A stretch of DNA of 64,000 bases from a virus, in the IMG/VR virus record IMGVR_UViG_3300042922_000850, positions 102,759 to 166,758 of that record; one strand, 5' to 3'. How positions within the stretch are numbered: position 1 is the first letter of the stretch; each line of letters starts with the position of its first letter. A program made the translations under genes and the position numbers. The notes under the pieces are model-generated. The model was given only the letters and a program-made list of their open reading frames with translations, had not been told where the DNA came from and searched no databases. Shown in pieces: positions 35,894-46,524 of the stretch.

Positions 35894-36838
35894 CTATTGT
35901 GCTGACCATCTAACGATAACGATACCAGAACCACCGGCACCGCCATTAGCGCTTTGGTTAGAACTCGAATATCTTCTAGATGCACCACCGCCACCGCCAC
36001 CGCCTGTATTGGGCAAACCGTTAGTCCCTACTACAGGATAAGTAGCTGAATCTGTGTAACCACCAGCGCCACCGCCCCCTGCTCCACCAGAACCGCCAGT
36101 CCAAGTATACGGCGTAGCGGCCGAGTATGCCCAACCTGCACCGCCACCACCAGAATATAAGGTGTTTCCCGCTTCACCGAACGCTCTTGTGCTTGAACCC
36201 TGACCAATACCTGCCTGCCAATTACCACTGTACAGCGTACTAGCCAAACCAAATCCATTACCACCATCAGAACCACCATTAGCTTTTCCACTTGACTCTG
36301 TTATTGTTCCACAAGAGCCGCCAGAGCCACCGCTGCCACCAGTCATTGGTATTCCCATGTTATTTGTTCGCCCAGGACCACCTGACGCTGTCAATAGTGA
36401 TCCAAATGAAGATGCCGTTCCTGCAGAAACAGATGCATAATTCCCGGCGCTTATTGTGGAGCCGCCAGCACCTATGGTGACGGAGTGTTGTGAACCTGGG
36501 GTAACTGTAACGCCCAGAGCTTTACTGGTATATCCTCCACCGCCTCCTGCGCCACCATAAGCGGTGCCGTACCCAGCCTGCGAGAACCCCGGTAGGCCGC
36601 CGCCACCACCGCCAACGCAAAATATATCGACTTTAGTCACGCCCTCAGGGACAGTCCATATTTGGGACGAGGTAAAGACAACTTGACCTGGCTCGACACT
36701 GGTCCAAACGAGTTTAGGCACCCCGTTAACACCAACATAAACCTTGGTTACTCTCCTCGGTACTCCATTAACTCCCACAAAAACCTTTACTACTCTTCTT
36801 GGCGTACCATTTACTCCTACATATATTCCTTTTGCCAT
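35894..36838 (-). CDS. Glycine-rich tail adhesin/receptor-binding protein
   Basis: Three N-terminal (Y/F)VGVNG repeats; WTVPEGVT...VGGGGGG...GGSGIVIVRW glycine-rich domain. Confidence 0.75.
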   Translation of the reverse strand: MAKGIYVGVNGTPRRVVKVFVGVNGVPRRVTKVYVGVNGVPKLVWTSVEPGQVVFTSSQIWTVPEGVTKVDIFCVGGGGGGLPGFSQAGYGTAYGGAGGGGGYTSKALGVTVTPGSQHSVTIGAGGSTISAGNYASVSAGTASSFGSLLTASGGPGRTNNMGIPMTGGSGGSGGSCGTITESSGKANGGSDGGNGFGLASTLYSGNWQAGIGQGSSTRAFGEAGNTLYSGGGGAGWAYSAATPYTWTGGSGGAGGGGAGGYTDSATYPVVGTNGLPNTGGGGGGGASRRYSSSNQSANGGAGGSGIVIVRWSAQ

Positions 36839-36850
36839 TATCTACTCCTC

Positions 36851-38908
36851 CTATTCATACATCAACCATACCGCATTGTTTGCCAGTGTGGTGGGAGCAA
36901 CTATATCTTTGTTTAATGTGTAGCCACCGACAGTGCCAGACATTGTAGCATAATCAGCATTGCCTCCATTGGCCGGAAGGGATGTGGGTGTGCCAGTAAT
37001 CATACTGTAAGGGTGTGTGCCAGGATGAGTATAGACAGTATCCTGAGCGGGTATGCCCAACGCTGTAATGTCCGCCTTAGTGATAGCACCTGTTTTCCCA
37101 TTGATGGTCGTAATGGTATCATTGTCCGTTCCCCAAACAGCAGTTCCATCAGCACTATATTTTAATACTTGACCGGATGCTCCACCGGAGGGGATATGCT
37201 TATTCCCTGAAGTAGTTGGATGAGCATAGTTATTCGCATTGGCTGCTACGCCATCTAATTTGGATTTGTCTGCTGCTGTCATAAAACCATTTACAGATGT
37301 AGTTACAACTCCGTGCGCAGTTCCAGTTGATCCAACATGAGAGGAAGGAGTCGCATCAGTAATTCCATACTCAGATAAAGTAGTAGGATTGGTCCCCGCT
37401 GTTACGTGTCCATTGGTGTTTACTGTTACACTCTTATAAGTTCCTGGAGTAGCTACTCCAGTTGGATGGGAATAGTTATTCGCATTGGCGGCTACGCCAT
37501 CTAATTTAGATTTGTCTGTAGCTGTCATAAAACCGTTTACAGAAGAAGTTGCAACTCCATGCGCTGTTCCGGTTGATCCAACATGAGAGGAAGGAGCAAG
37601 TTCACTAACGGTTTTACCTCCAACATAGTTGGCATTTAAATTTGACACCATTGTACTTGACGCAATTTCGAACGGGGAAACTCCCGTCTCTAAGGAAGAT
37701 TTTATCACATTATTGGTAAAAATACCATCGGTAAATGTTATTTCGTAATTAGAATATCCTGTTGGTATACTTCCTGTTGTTCCCGGTACGATCAAAGACC
37801 AACCAAGTAAATTAAGACCGCGAACAGTCACGGTAAGTGCCGCCGCACTTTTGTTATAAACTTCTAGGTAAGCGTAGTTTCCCGAAGCTGTTGTGTGATA
37901 AACTAACCGGGCTTTCGTCAATCCATTTGCATCATAATGAATATAATGCTCCTGATCTAAGGTCGGATCAGCACCATACATAATTCCTGCATTTAAACTA
38001 ATTGCCCCGTAGTTATCCAAAAGGGTCCAATCAATATCAAATTGACCGACACACCGTAAAATTCCGGCTGTAGAGGTGGCAATTCTATACCACCCGATTG
38101 TTGCAGGTAAAGTCGCGCTTACAGTTAACATTGAGGCAGCGTCAGTAATTCCATATCCTGATAAAGTAGTAGGATTAGTCCCTGCTGTTACGTGTCCATT
38201 GGTGTTTACTGTCACACTCTTATAAGTTCCTGGAGTAGCTACTCCAGTTGGATGGGAATAGTTATTCGCATTGGCTGCTACGCCATCTAATTTAGATTTG
38301 TCTGCCGCTGTCATAAAACCATTTACAGAAGAAGTTGCAACTCCATGTGCAGCCCCAGTTGATCCAACATGAGAAGAAGGAGCCGCATCAGTAATTCCAT
38401 ACTCAGATAGAGTAGTAGGATTAGCCCCTGCCGTTACGTGTCCATTGGTATTTACTGTCACACTCTTATAAGTCCCCGGGGTTACTAACCCTGTAGGGTG
38501 AGCATAATTATTCGCATTGGCTGCTACGCCATCTAATTTGGATTTGTCTGCTGCTGTCATAAAACCATTTACAGAAGAAGTTGCAACTCCATGCGCTGTT
38601 CCAGTTGATCCAACATGAGAAGAAGGAGCCGCATCAGTAATTCCATATCCTAATAAAGTAGTGGGATTGGTCCCCGATGTTACGTGCCCATTAGTATTTA
38701 CTGTTAAACTCCTATAAGTCCCCGGAGTTACTAACCCGGTAGGATGAGCGTAATTATTCGCATTAGCCGCTACGCCATCTAATTTAGATTTGTCTGCAGC
38801 TGTCATAAACTTCTTATCTGTCTCTTCAAGAACAACACTTGCCGTTGTCTCAGGCCACACAACATCAGTGTAGCCTGGTGGCACCATTTGCATTTTTATT
38901 CCGGCCAT
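36851..38908 (-). CDS. Tail fibre protein with ~82-aa tandem repeats
   Basis: FMTAADKSKLDGVAANANNY x5, 246-bp period; PTTLxxYGITDA fibre motif. Confidence 0.85.
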   Translation of the reverse strand: MAGIKMQMVPPGYTDVVWPETTASVVLEETDKKFMTAADKSKLDGVAANANNYAHPTGLVTPGTYRSLTVNTNGHVTSGTNPTTLLGYGITDAAPSSHVGSTGTAHGVATSSVNGFMTAADKSKLDGVAANANNYAHPTGLVTPGTYKSVTVNTNGHVTAGANPTTLSEYGITDAAPSSHVGSTGAAHGVATSSVNGFMTAADKSKLDGVAANANNYSHPTGVATPGTYKSVTVNTNGHVTAGTNPTTLSGYGITDAASMLTVSATLPATIGWYRIATSTAGILRCVGQFDIDWTLLDNYGAISLNAGIMYGADPTLDQEHYIHYDANGLTKARLVYHTTASGNYAYLEVYNKSAAALTVTVRGLNLLGWSLIVPGTTGSIPTGYSNYEITFTDGIFTNNVIKSSLETGVSPFEIASSTMVSNLNANYVGGKTVSELAPSSHVGSTGTAHGVATSSVNGFMTATDKSKLDGVAANANNYSHPTGVATPGTYKSVTVNTNGHVTAGTNPTTLSEYGITDATPSSHVGSTGTAHGVVTTSVNGFMTAADKSKLDGVAANANNYAHPTTSGNKHIPSGGASGQVLKYSADGTAVWGTDNDTITTINGKTGAITKADITALGIPAQDTVYTHPGTHPYSMITGTPTSLPANGGNADYATMSGTVGGYTLNKDIVAPTTLANNAVWLMYE
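37230..38815 (-). repeat. 246-bp intragenic repeats in tail fibre
   Basis: GTCATAAA anchor recurs at ~37278, 37524, 38310, 38556, 38802. Confidence 0.8.
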
Positions 38909-38967
38909 CTTAACAACCCCCTTAATTCTATATTATCGTCCATAAACTAATTATAAGATTATTTTTG

Positions 38968-41900
38968 TTATTCGTAAACATAGCATACCACGCCATTTGC
39001 TAAAGATGTAGGTATTGTTGTTTGTATTTGTTTTGCCCCTACTAGAGGGCTAAGTGCTTCGCCAGAGATAGTTCCCAAAGTAGGTGTAATCCCTACTGCC
39101 CAACCACTTTCCCAAGTTGCTAACGAACTAACATTAAAACCTAATAGCGCATCTTTTACTATTATCTGTGGATACGCCCAAGATGAGTCTGCATAACCAA
39201 TGTATATTGCACATTTTGTGCCATCGTGACCAAATCTAACTGGAAGATTTGATGCTATTTCATTACTAATTATACTTGCATTGCAATTTGTCCAAACACC
39301 ACCGGTATAATTGTAGCCACTCACTATGGCAGTAAAGTTCTTATTGAGAGCATAGTTAAATACATCAATAGTAATTTTCATCATTGTATCTGTCCAACTG
39401 ACTGGTAATGTTATTTTTATATAACCAGTTTCTGGACTTGTATGGGAAGTACGATTACCGCCTGTTGGCGCAACAACATATGCACATGCCTCCCAATTTC
39501 CTATTCTACTTGCTCTTTCTGAATATACAGATGTGTCAGCTTTTCTAGCGCTATCTACTCTTAAGCCATAAGTCGCGCTGCCATTCCACCCCATCAATGA
39601 TGGATATGTAGGTTCCCATGCTAATGCAGAGTCTTTGTTGTTTACTGCAACCCCAGTTGGTGATGTGCTATTAGATGCATCAAATATTGTGTGACCATTA
39701 CCATAGTGCTTCCACCCTAATTGACCTATGACTGCATCAATAGAATTAAGTGTCTTCCAAATAGTTCTGTCACCAAAATGATACCCATCAACTGAATCCG
39801 CATTATTAGCTATTACATCCCCCCAAGCAGCAGTTCCATCAGCACTATATTTTAATACTTGATTAACTGCTCCTCCAGAGGGGATATGCTTATTTCCTGA
39901 AGTGGTTGGATGAGTGTAAACGGTATCTTGAGCTGGTATGCCTAATGCTGTAATGTCTGCTTTAGCAATCGCGCCTGTTTTTCCATTGATGGTTGTAACT
40001 GTATCATTATCCGTTCCCCAAACAGCAGTTCCATCAGCACTATATTTTAATACTTGGCCAGATGCTCCACCGGAAGGAATATGTTTATTCCCGGAAGTAG
40101 TTGGATGAGTATAGACGGTATCCGTAAACACTGCAGTACTGGGCACGCTTTTCCCCACCGTAAACCCGCTTACCATACTAGCATTTAAGTTCGGCACCAC
40201 AGTTGTTGATGAAACCACTAGTGGAGCTGTACCCGTGGCTACCTTAGACACCAATTGTCTATTGGCTGTAACGTCTTCCATAGAAACCATTCCAGTATCA
40301 AACACAAGAGATTCATTTGTATATCCAGCAGGAACAGATCCCGCAGTTGATGGCGTAACTAATGTCCAACCAGTAGAATCTATCAAATCAACAGTATAGG
40401 TAATAGCCAGGGCTGTCGGGTTGTATACTTCAACATAAGCATAATTTGCGGTAGCTGTAGTATGGTAAACCACTCTCGCTTGCGTTAACCCTAATGTTCC
40501 ATTTGTTGTCGTAAAGCCAAGTTGATTGATTGCAGACCCCGCCGCCACGCCATCATGACAACTCGCTATAAACAAACATCTGCCCTTTACACCCGCACCA
40601 CTAAATTCGACTTTAAACAAACCACTGTTCGCCCCAATATTTACTGCAGACGTTGCAATACGATACCACTGCGCTGTTGCTGGGGTAGCTGCTGAAAGCG
40701 TAGCGAATGGAGCTTTTGCATTAAGTGTGTTCTGTAGATTATCTATATTTGAAATAACGTGATTATGACTATCGTCAACGACACTCACATTGCCACTTGC
40801 GTCAACAGTGATATCTGTTCCACTCTTCACACCACCAAGTGCTCCGGATGTTGCTACCGGAAGGGTGTAAGTAAAATAGTTCGCATTTGTTGCTCCCGTG
40901 TAACCAAGGTTTGCAAGTGTTAGTGTCCGTTTTGACGCGCTTAAAGATGTGATGTGTCCAAGTGCATCTGAAGCAATCGCTAGAACATCAATTACTTCAG
41001 CTCCACTTGCATCTAAGCTGACACTTTGAACTGTGTGAGCCGGGTGAGTATAGACAGTATCATTATCCGTTCCCCAAACAGCGGTTCCGTCGGCGCTATA
41101 TTTTAATACTTGATTAGCGGCTCCTCCAGAGGGAATGTGCTTATTTCCCGGAGTAGTTGGATGAGTATAAACAGTATCGGTAAACACAGCATTGCTGGGT
41201 ACACTTTTCCCAACTGTAAACCCGCTTACCATACTAGCATTTAAATTAGGTACTACAGTTGTAGATGAAACTACCAACGGCGCTGTGCCGGTTGCCACTT
41301 TGGAAATTAGTTGCCGATTAGCTGTAACATCCTCCATAGAGACCATGCCGGTATCAAGAACCAAGGATTCATTTGTGTAGCCTGTAGGAATAGAACCTAA
41401 TGTTGATGGCACTGTTAATGCCCAGCCGGTAGAATCTATTAAATCAACAGTATAGGTAATAGCCAGGGCTGTTGGGTTATACACTTCAACATAGGCGTAG
41501 TTTGCGGTCGCGGTAGTATGATAAACCACCCTAATCTGTGTTAAGCCCAGTGTTCCAGACGTTGTTGTAAAACCTAGTTGGTTGATTGCAGACCCAGCAG
41601 CAACTCCATCGTGACAGCTTGCTACAAATAAACACCTACCCTTTACGCCAGTGCCACTAAACTCTACTTTAAATAGACCGCTGTTTGCCCCGATGTTCAC
41701 AGCAGACGCAGCGATACGATACCACTGTGCTGTTGCTGGGGTAGTTGCTGAAAGCGTGGAGAAGGGGGTTTTTGCATCGAGCGCACTTTGCAGATTATCT
41801 ATATTTGAAATAACATGATTGTGGCTGTCATCTGCGACAGTAGCGGATATACTTACATTGGAACTACCATCAAAATTTACATTGCCCGAAACGTCTCCAG

Positions 41901-42936
41901 ATAATGCTATGTTTCTTGGGGTGATTAATTTTGTGGAAGTTAAAGCATTTCCGCTTAGTGCTGCACTTATTGTTCCGGCGCTAAAGTTTCCACTTGAGTC
42001 TCTTTGAACTACAGTATTACCAGTGTTTGTTATACTCGGCTCCATTCCTTCAAGCTTATCTGCGTTAAGGTTAGGAATTTTAGCACTGTCACCTATGGTC
42101 AAGGTATTAAAGTAACCATTTGACCATAGGTGAGAAGAGTCGCCCAGTGAATAAGCATTGTTGGTATGCGGGTATAAATTGCCATAAATGGAAGAGCCTC
42201 CTCTGGATATAAAAGTTTCTTTCAACCCCTCTGACCCATAGTTAATGACCCCGATTTGAGCAATTCTAAATATGGTTGCCGTTGCCCAACCACTAAATGT
42301 AAGCCTAATTTTATTGAATCCGGTTCCACCGTTATGACTAAATGTCAGGAAATATTCGCCTAATGAATTACTTGAGACAGTCGATTTATTTGTCCATTCT
42401 GTCTCGCCATTATTAGTATTCATTGCGTCAAAAATTATATTTGTTGACCTCCAACCAGCCGCCCCAAAAGCAACGTATAACGTATTAGTCCAACCGAATG
42501 TCTTATGCAATGTCAATTCAATAGATATTTCTGTCACGCCACTAGGATTGATTGCCCAGTAGGATGGAGAGCCATCGAATACATTACTTATATCTAAGCT
42601 TTGAAGAACACCATCATAGTATATTGATGCACTGCCGCCTTTTTTTAATAGAAATGCAATATCATTATTGATAAATGGTATGATTGTTCCCGCATTTTCT
42701 GGATGGGTATCAATATAAAATTTACTCTTCGTGTACCCACTTCCAATATAACCGGGATCAATGTTTGTTATAGGAATTGTAATATTACTAGAACCATCGA
42801 AAGAGGTTGCCGTTCCCGTAGCTCCACCGCTTAGCGCTATTGTTCTTGGAGTTTTAAGTTTGGTGGCTGTGTCAGAGTTGCCAGTAACATTACCAGTAAC
42901 TCCGGCCGGCGCATTGATATTGCCTAAATGCTTCAT
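38968..42936 (-). CDS. Long tail fibre protein with internal ~260-aa duplication
   Basis: ATKLxTPRxIALSG...FDGSSN motifs, DDSHNH, duplicated WYRIA...YAYVEVYN domain. Confidence 0.85.
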   Translation of the reverse strand: MKHLGNINAPAGVTGNVTGNSDTATKLKTPRTIALSGGATGTATSFDGSSNITIPITNIDPGYIGSGYTKSKFYIDTHPENAGTIIPFINNDIAFLLKKGGSASIYYDGVLQSLDISNVFDGSPSYWAINPSGVTEISIELTLHKTFGWTNTLYVAFGAAGWRSTNIIFDAMNTNNGETEWTNKSTVSSNSLGEYFLTFSHNGGTGFNKIRLTFSGWATATIFRIAQIGVINYGSEGLKETFISRGGSSIYGNLYPHTNNAYSLGDSSHLWSNGYFNTLTIGDSAKIPNLNADKLEGMEPSITNTGNTVVQRDSSGNFSAGTISAALSGNALTSTKLITPRNIALSGDVSGNVNFDGSSNVSISATVADDSHNHVISNIDNLQSALDAKTPFSTLSATTPATAQWYRIAASAVNIGANSGLFKVEFSGTGVKGRCLFVASCHDGVAAGSAINQLGFTTTSGTLGLTQIRVVYHTTATANYAYVEVYNPTALAITYTVDLIDSTGWALTVPSTLGSIPTGYTNESLVLDTGMVSMEDVTANRQLISKVATGTAPLVVSSTTVVPNLNASMVSGFTVGKSVPSNAVFTDTVYTHPTTPGNKHIPSGGAANQVLKYSADGTAVWGTDNDTVYTHPAHTVQSVSLDASGAEVIDVLAIASDALGHITSLSASKRTLTLANLGYTGATNANYFTYTLPVATSGALGGVKSGTDITVDASGNVSVVDDSHNHVISNIDNLQNTLNAKAPFATLSAATPATAQWYRIATSAVNIGANSGLFKVEFSGAGVKGRCLFIASCHDGVAAGSAINQLGFTTTNGTLGLTQARVVYHTTATANYAYVEVYNPTALAITYTVDLIDSTGWTLVTPSTAGSVPAGYTNESLVFDTGMVSMEDVTANRQLVSKVATGTAPLVVSSTTVVPNLNASMVSGFTVGKSVPSTAVFTDTVYTHPTTSGNKHIPSGGASGQVLKYSADGTAVWGTDNDTVTTINGKTGAIAKADITALGIPAQDTVYTHPTTSGNKHIPSGGAVNQVLKYSADGTAAWGDVIANNADSVDGYHFGDRTIWKTLNSIDAVIGQLGWKHYGNGHTIFDASNSTSPTGVAVNNKDSALAWEPTYPSLMGWNGSATYGLRVDSARKADTSVYSERASRIGNWEACAYVVAPTGGNRTSHTSPETGYIKITLPVSWTDTMMKITIDVFNYALNKNFTAIVSGYNYTGGVWTNCNASIISNEIASNLPVRFGHDGTKCAIYIGYADSSWAYPQIIVKDALLGFNVSSLATWESGWAVGITPTLGTISGEALSPLVGAKQIQTTIPTSLANGVVCYVYE

Positions 42937-42946
42937 AACATCCCTC

Positions 42947-44449
42947 CTATCCCACGATTGTTATGGTGTATTGACCAGCCGCAGGAGCAACAGCAAATTT
43001 TACTGTAATTGTATCCACGCTAGTCATTTCAACATCTGTGAATACAACCGCATATGGTGCATCCGTTTCTCTAAGTGTCACACTCAAATCTCTTGTGTTA
43101 AGATTATGGGTAAGGACGAATGATGTGGCTGTTCCGTCCCCAACAACCGAAGTTAGCTTATTTGCAACAATAGCCGTTACCATTGTTCCAGCAACGCTTC
43201 CTTGTGTACTCTTCCATCGATTTGCGCTTTCGCTATAACCTATCTTCGCATCAGCTCTTGTTACATTGTCAGCTTTTAATCTCTTGATTGTAAGCCCACC
43301 ATCGGAATTTTGTGCAGAAGTAGCCACATCACTATTTAATTCAAGTTCACTATCCCCGATATTTACGGTATTTGAATCAATTTGAGTGGTGTCGCCCTCA
43401 ATGTAAAGGTTTCTAACACGGATATCCGCGTAATCACTGTCAGCATTGTTTCTAACCTGTAATTCGGTACCGGCAGCATTTTTAATCTTCACGCCAGAAG
43501 AGCCAACGGTAAATGTTGCACTTGATGTTCCTGTATCTGTATTTTGACTATGCTTTTTGGTAACTGCATCTGCTATATTCGCATTTGTTTGGGTATAAGT
43601 ATCGAGAAGTGCTTTGTTGGCATGGTCATGTTTCTTTGCCACAGCATCAGCTAAGTTCGCTTCTGTCTGAGTGTAGGTATCAAGAAGTGCTTTGTTGGCG
43701 TGAGAATGCATTGCCGTTACAGCTGCATCGATATTTGCGACCGTACTTGACGGTTTGCCTGAGATGTTCGCCCAAGCAACTGTGGGAGTTGCCCAGCTTA
43801 AGGATCCTGCAGTTCCACCCGCTGTTAAGACTTTGCCACTGTTCGTTGTTCCTGTAGCAGGAACATGCAAATTGCCATCTCCTGTGGGATGGCTATAATT
43901 ATTATAGAGTGTATCCGTGTATGCTTTGAGAGCAACTTTTACATTTGCCCAAGTAACTTGACTTAGTACATTAGCTGCGGCGCTATTGATTATTGCAATG
44001 GTGTCTGTGTCAATAAACGATGTTTTCGCCGCTGACCCAGAAATTGAAGAACCAACGTTTGCTGCATCAGTAACATTCGCACCTGCTTCTATACCATCTA
44101 ACTTAGTCTCGTCAGCGGTAGTAAAACTAGCTGTCGTTGCATTAAGAACCGCACTATTTGAATGTGAGTGCCTCTTTGCCACGGCATCGTTTACTGCTGC
44201 TGATAAATTATCATCATCTATCAGACCAGCCGATGAATTAATTGCGGCTACTATATTTACCCCGGTCATAGTAGCATCACCGGCATCAGAATTTACCCAC
44301 ACCGTTCCGTTAAAATACTTTTCCCGGTGCTGAACTGTATTGTAATACTTTTGGCCTTCTACTGCGTTTGCTGGGTCAGAAGCTAGGTGCTGTATAACCA
44401 CATTTAAGAGCTGATTTTTATTTAAATCCAAGTTCGTTAAATACTTCAT
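42947..44449 (-). CDS. Tail fibre/structural protein
   Basis: HxHANKALLD repeats, KLDGIEAGAN, C-terminal THNL domain. Confidence 0.7.
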   Translation of the reverse strand: MKYLTNLDLNKNQLLNVVIQHLASDPANAVEGQKYYNTVQHREKYFNGTVWVNSDAGDATMTGVNIVAAINSSAGLIDDDNLSAAVNDAVAKRHSHSNSAVLNATTASFTTADETKLDGIEAGANVTDAANVGSSISGSAAKTSFIDTDTIAIINSAAANVLSQVTWANVKVALKAYTDTLYNNYSHPTGDGNLHVPATGTTNSGKVLTAGGTAGSLSWATPTVAWANISGKPSSTVANIDAAVTAMHSHANKALLDTYTQTEANLADAVAKKHDHANKALLDTYTQTNANIADAVTKKHSQNTDTGTSSATFTVGSSGVKIKNAAGTELQVRNNADSDYADIRVRNLYIEGDTTQIDSNTVNIGDSELELNSDVATSAQNSDGGLTIKRLKADNVTRADAKIGYSESANRWKSTQGSVAGTMVTAIVANKLTSVVGDGTATSFVLTHNLNTRDLSVTLRETDAPYAVVFTDVEMTSVDTITVKFAVAPAAGQYTITIVG

Positions 44450-44463
44450 TTATTTTCTCCTTT

Positions 44464-45042
44464 CTAATTTAAATATGCTTTCCCTGAAAACTGTGCAGAG
44501 AAAGTTATAATCAGCTGACTGTCTGATAAGTATTCTACATCCCCAATAACTAAATTATCGCCAGAATCTACAACGGTGACGGAGGGATATTTTTTAAGTG
44601 TGTGCGTTACCGCCCAGCGCTTAGACGAAGCAATCTGATCATGAATATACCCAGATAACCTTAACTTATCAGCCAGTGATATAAATTGTTTTTCGCTAGT
44701 TTCATCTATTATCTCTGTAGAATGTTTAGCAGGATGAACATAGTTTATATTAGAGTTTAAGAAATCCTCTTCCGTTCCAGTGTGCCCTGCGGATAACCAG
44801 ATTTCGTAAGCACTAAGACCCCTAGCTCCTCTTGGACCTTCACCTAAGATGGTAACATCAATGGCAGCCTTATTGTCAGATACGCTGATACTAACCTCGC
44901 TAACACCGTTGCCATTGATAATCTCTGCGCCAGGGAGTTCTAAGGTGTTTGAATTTTCAACCACCGGTTGCGTTTCACCGAGAGTGCTACTATCAATAAC
45001 AACTGCATCCAAAGACTCCACGCTGAAGAAATTATCACTCAT
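44464..45042 (-). CDS. Tail fibre-associated protein
   Basis: GPRGARGLSAYEIW...GTEEDFL collagen-adjacent motif, C-terminal WAVTHTLKKYPSVTVVD. Confidence 0.65.
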   Translation of the reverse strand: MSDNFFSVESLDAVVIDSSTLGETQPVVENSNTLELPGAEIINGNGVSEVSISVSDNKAAIDVTILGEGPRGARGLSAYEIWLSAGHTGTEEDFLNSNINYVHPAKHSTEIIDETSEKQFISLADKLRLSGYIHDQIASSKRWAVTHTLKKYPSVTVVDSGDNLVIGDVEYLSDSQLIITFSAQFSGKAYLN

Positions 45043-45376
45043 ATGTTACCTCCCCGCAAATTACAAAATCAGAAGGGGTGATAAGTGTTGTGACGTTACC
45101 TGAACTTTTGGTAAGCTGAACATCATACACATATTTCCCATAAGGAAGGTTCTTCGTGTCGATAGGATCAATCTGCACAATCGCTTTCCCGTCTATAAAG
45201 GTTGTTATTATTTTTTGCAATTTCTTTTCAGTGTCCAAAATACTCTTTTTTACGGTAAAATATATCGTATCACCAGTAACTAAAGGAATATGATTGCCAT
45301 CTGAATCTCTAAACATCACTGCGATGCTTTCTGAATCGCCCCTAGACATATGCATATTGGTTCCGACAATTTTCAT
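45035..45376 (-). CDS. BppU-like baseplate/fibre adaptor
   Basis: RGDSESI...FTVKK...DTKNL..GKYVYDVQL. Confidence 0.6.
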   Translation of the reverse strand: MKIVGTNMHMSRGDSESIAVMFRDSDGNHIPLVTGDTIYFTVKKSILDTEKKLQKIITTFIDGKAIVQIDPIDTKNLPYGKYVYDVQLTKSSGNVTTLITPSDFVICGEVTYE

Positions 45377-45396
45377 ACCGACACACCTCCCCTTTA

Positions 45397-45933
45397 TTAA
45401 TCAATTCGTTTGAACCACCATCCACTTTCTGGCTGAACCGTTCCAAACGCAATTCCATTACCTTCAAATTGCTCGATCATATTTGCTATTTGTACAGATA
45501 CTTCTGCCATAGGCTTAAATATAGGCGCGAGCGTAATATTGCCGGCTACGACAACCTGTGTTTGATATGGCCTAAAAACCGTTGCCAGAACAAGTGTATT
45601 GTCCGCAAGTGCAACACTCTCCAGGGCAGATTTTAAAGTACATTGTGCCGCAACTCCTTCAGAACCGTGAGCATACTCTAAGTACACTGCATAAGTTGAT
45701 CCGCCGACAACATTACTAGTTGGCAAAGTGATTGATCTAGTCTCTGTCTCTTCAACAATAAGGCATCCTTTTATGATGGCAGAACCAACTGACATAGTTA
45801 CTGCGCCGCTCGTGCCGGGAGTTATCTGAAATCCAGACAAAAGTACATTCCCGCCTAACATCATGTGCACCTTATCGTTTAAATCTTTACTTTCGATTTT
45901 TCCTTTGTAACCTACATTGTATTTAAACGCCAT
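45397..45933 (-). CDS. Baseplate/tail fibre proximal protein
   Basis: Beta-rich; ends GTVQP...WWFK; position. Confidence 0.55.
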   Translation of the reverse strand: MAFKYNVGYKGKIESKDLNDKVHMMLGGNVLLSGFQITPGTSGAVTMSVGSAIIKGCLIVEETETRSITLPTSNVVGGSTYAVYLEYAHGSEGVAAQCTLKSALESVALADNTLVLATVFRPYQTQVVVAGNITLAPIFKPMAEVSVQIANMIEQFEGNGIAFGTVQPESGWWFKRID

Positions 45934-45951
45934 TTTGCATCACCCTCTTCT

Positions 45952-46503
45952 TTAAAATTCTATAGTCCAAGTAATTTGCAGAGCAAAATCGGTTCCGGTT
46001 TCTAGAGGGACGGTCTTAAATGTGTGTCTTGCAAAAATGGTTGCGTTATCGTCGAACAAAAGGCCACATTCGTTAACGAGTGAATTAATGACGTCACAGT
46101 CAAATAATGCGACAAAAGTTACTTTAGGATTGGTTACAGCAGTATCCACTGTTGTTGACGAAATTGCAACTATGCCCATCTGTGCATATAACCCAGCATC
46201 ACTGTCTACTGGAGCTACCGGAGAAAATGGCGATGTGGCTAAGTTTGCGCCGCCTTTTCCGATTGCCATTTTGGTCACACCTTTGGTACTCTGTTTTGCA
46301 AGAAGTTTAACCAGTTCCGAACGTCCGACCTTTACGATAAGATTATGATCTGTGTAGTCACCAATAACCTCTCCGTCGGATTTGCGTAATAAGCAAACAT
46401 TTACTGTGCCTTTTCCTCTTAATCCATCAGTAAACTTACTGCTGAATTTATTCTTTAAACTATCCCCTACTTTTTTTATAAGGCTATCTTTAAATCTAGG
46501 CAT
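45952..46503 (-). CDS. Tail-collar/baseplate fibre attachment protein
   Basis: HNLIVKVGR...MAIGKG...NECGL...FARHTF...ITWTIEF. Confidence 0.7.
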   Translation of the reverse strand: MPRFKDSLIKKVGDSLKNKFSSKFTDGLRGKGTVNVCLLRKSDGEVIGDYTDHNLIVKVGRSELVKLLAKQSTKGVTKMAIGKGGANLATSPFSPVAPVDSDAGLYAQMGIVAISSTTVDTAVTNPKVTFVALFDCDVINSLVNECGLLFDDNATIFARHTFKTVPLETGTDFALQITWTIEF

Positions 46504-46524
46504 AATCAAAATCCTCCTTTTATT

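Noticed and set aside
36851-42936. Repeats as CRISPR array or DGR template/variable repeat
   Set aside because: Repeats are in-frame protein repeats of 200-800 bp with mostly synonymous differences; no spacers, adenine-specific pattern, or reverse transcriptase/cas gene seen.
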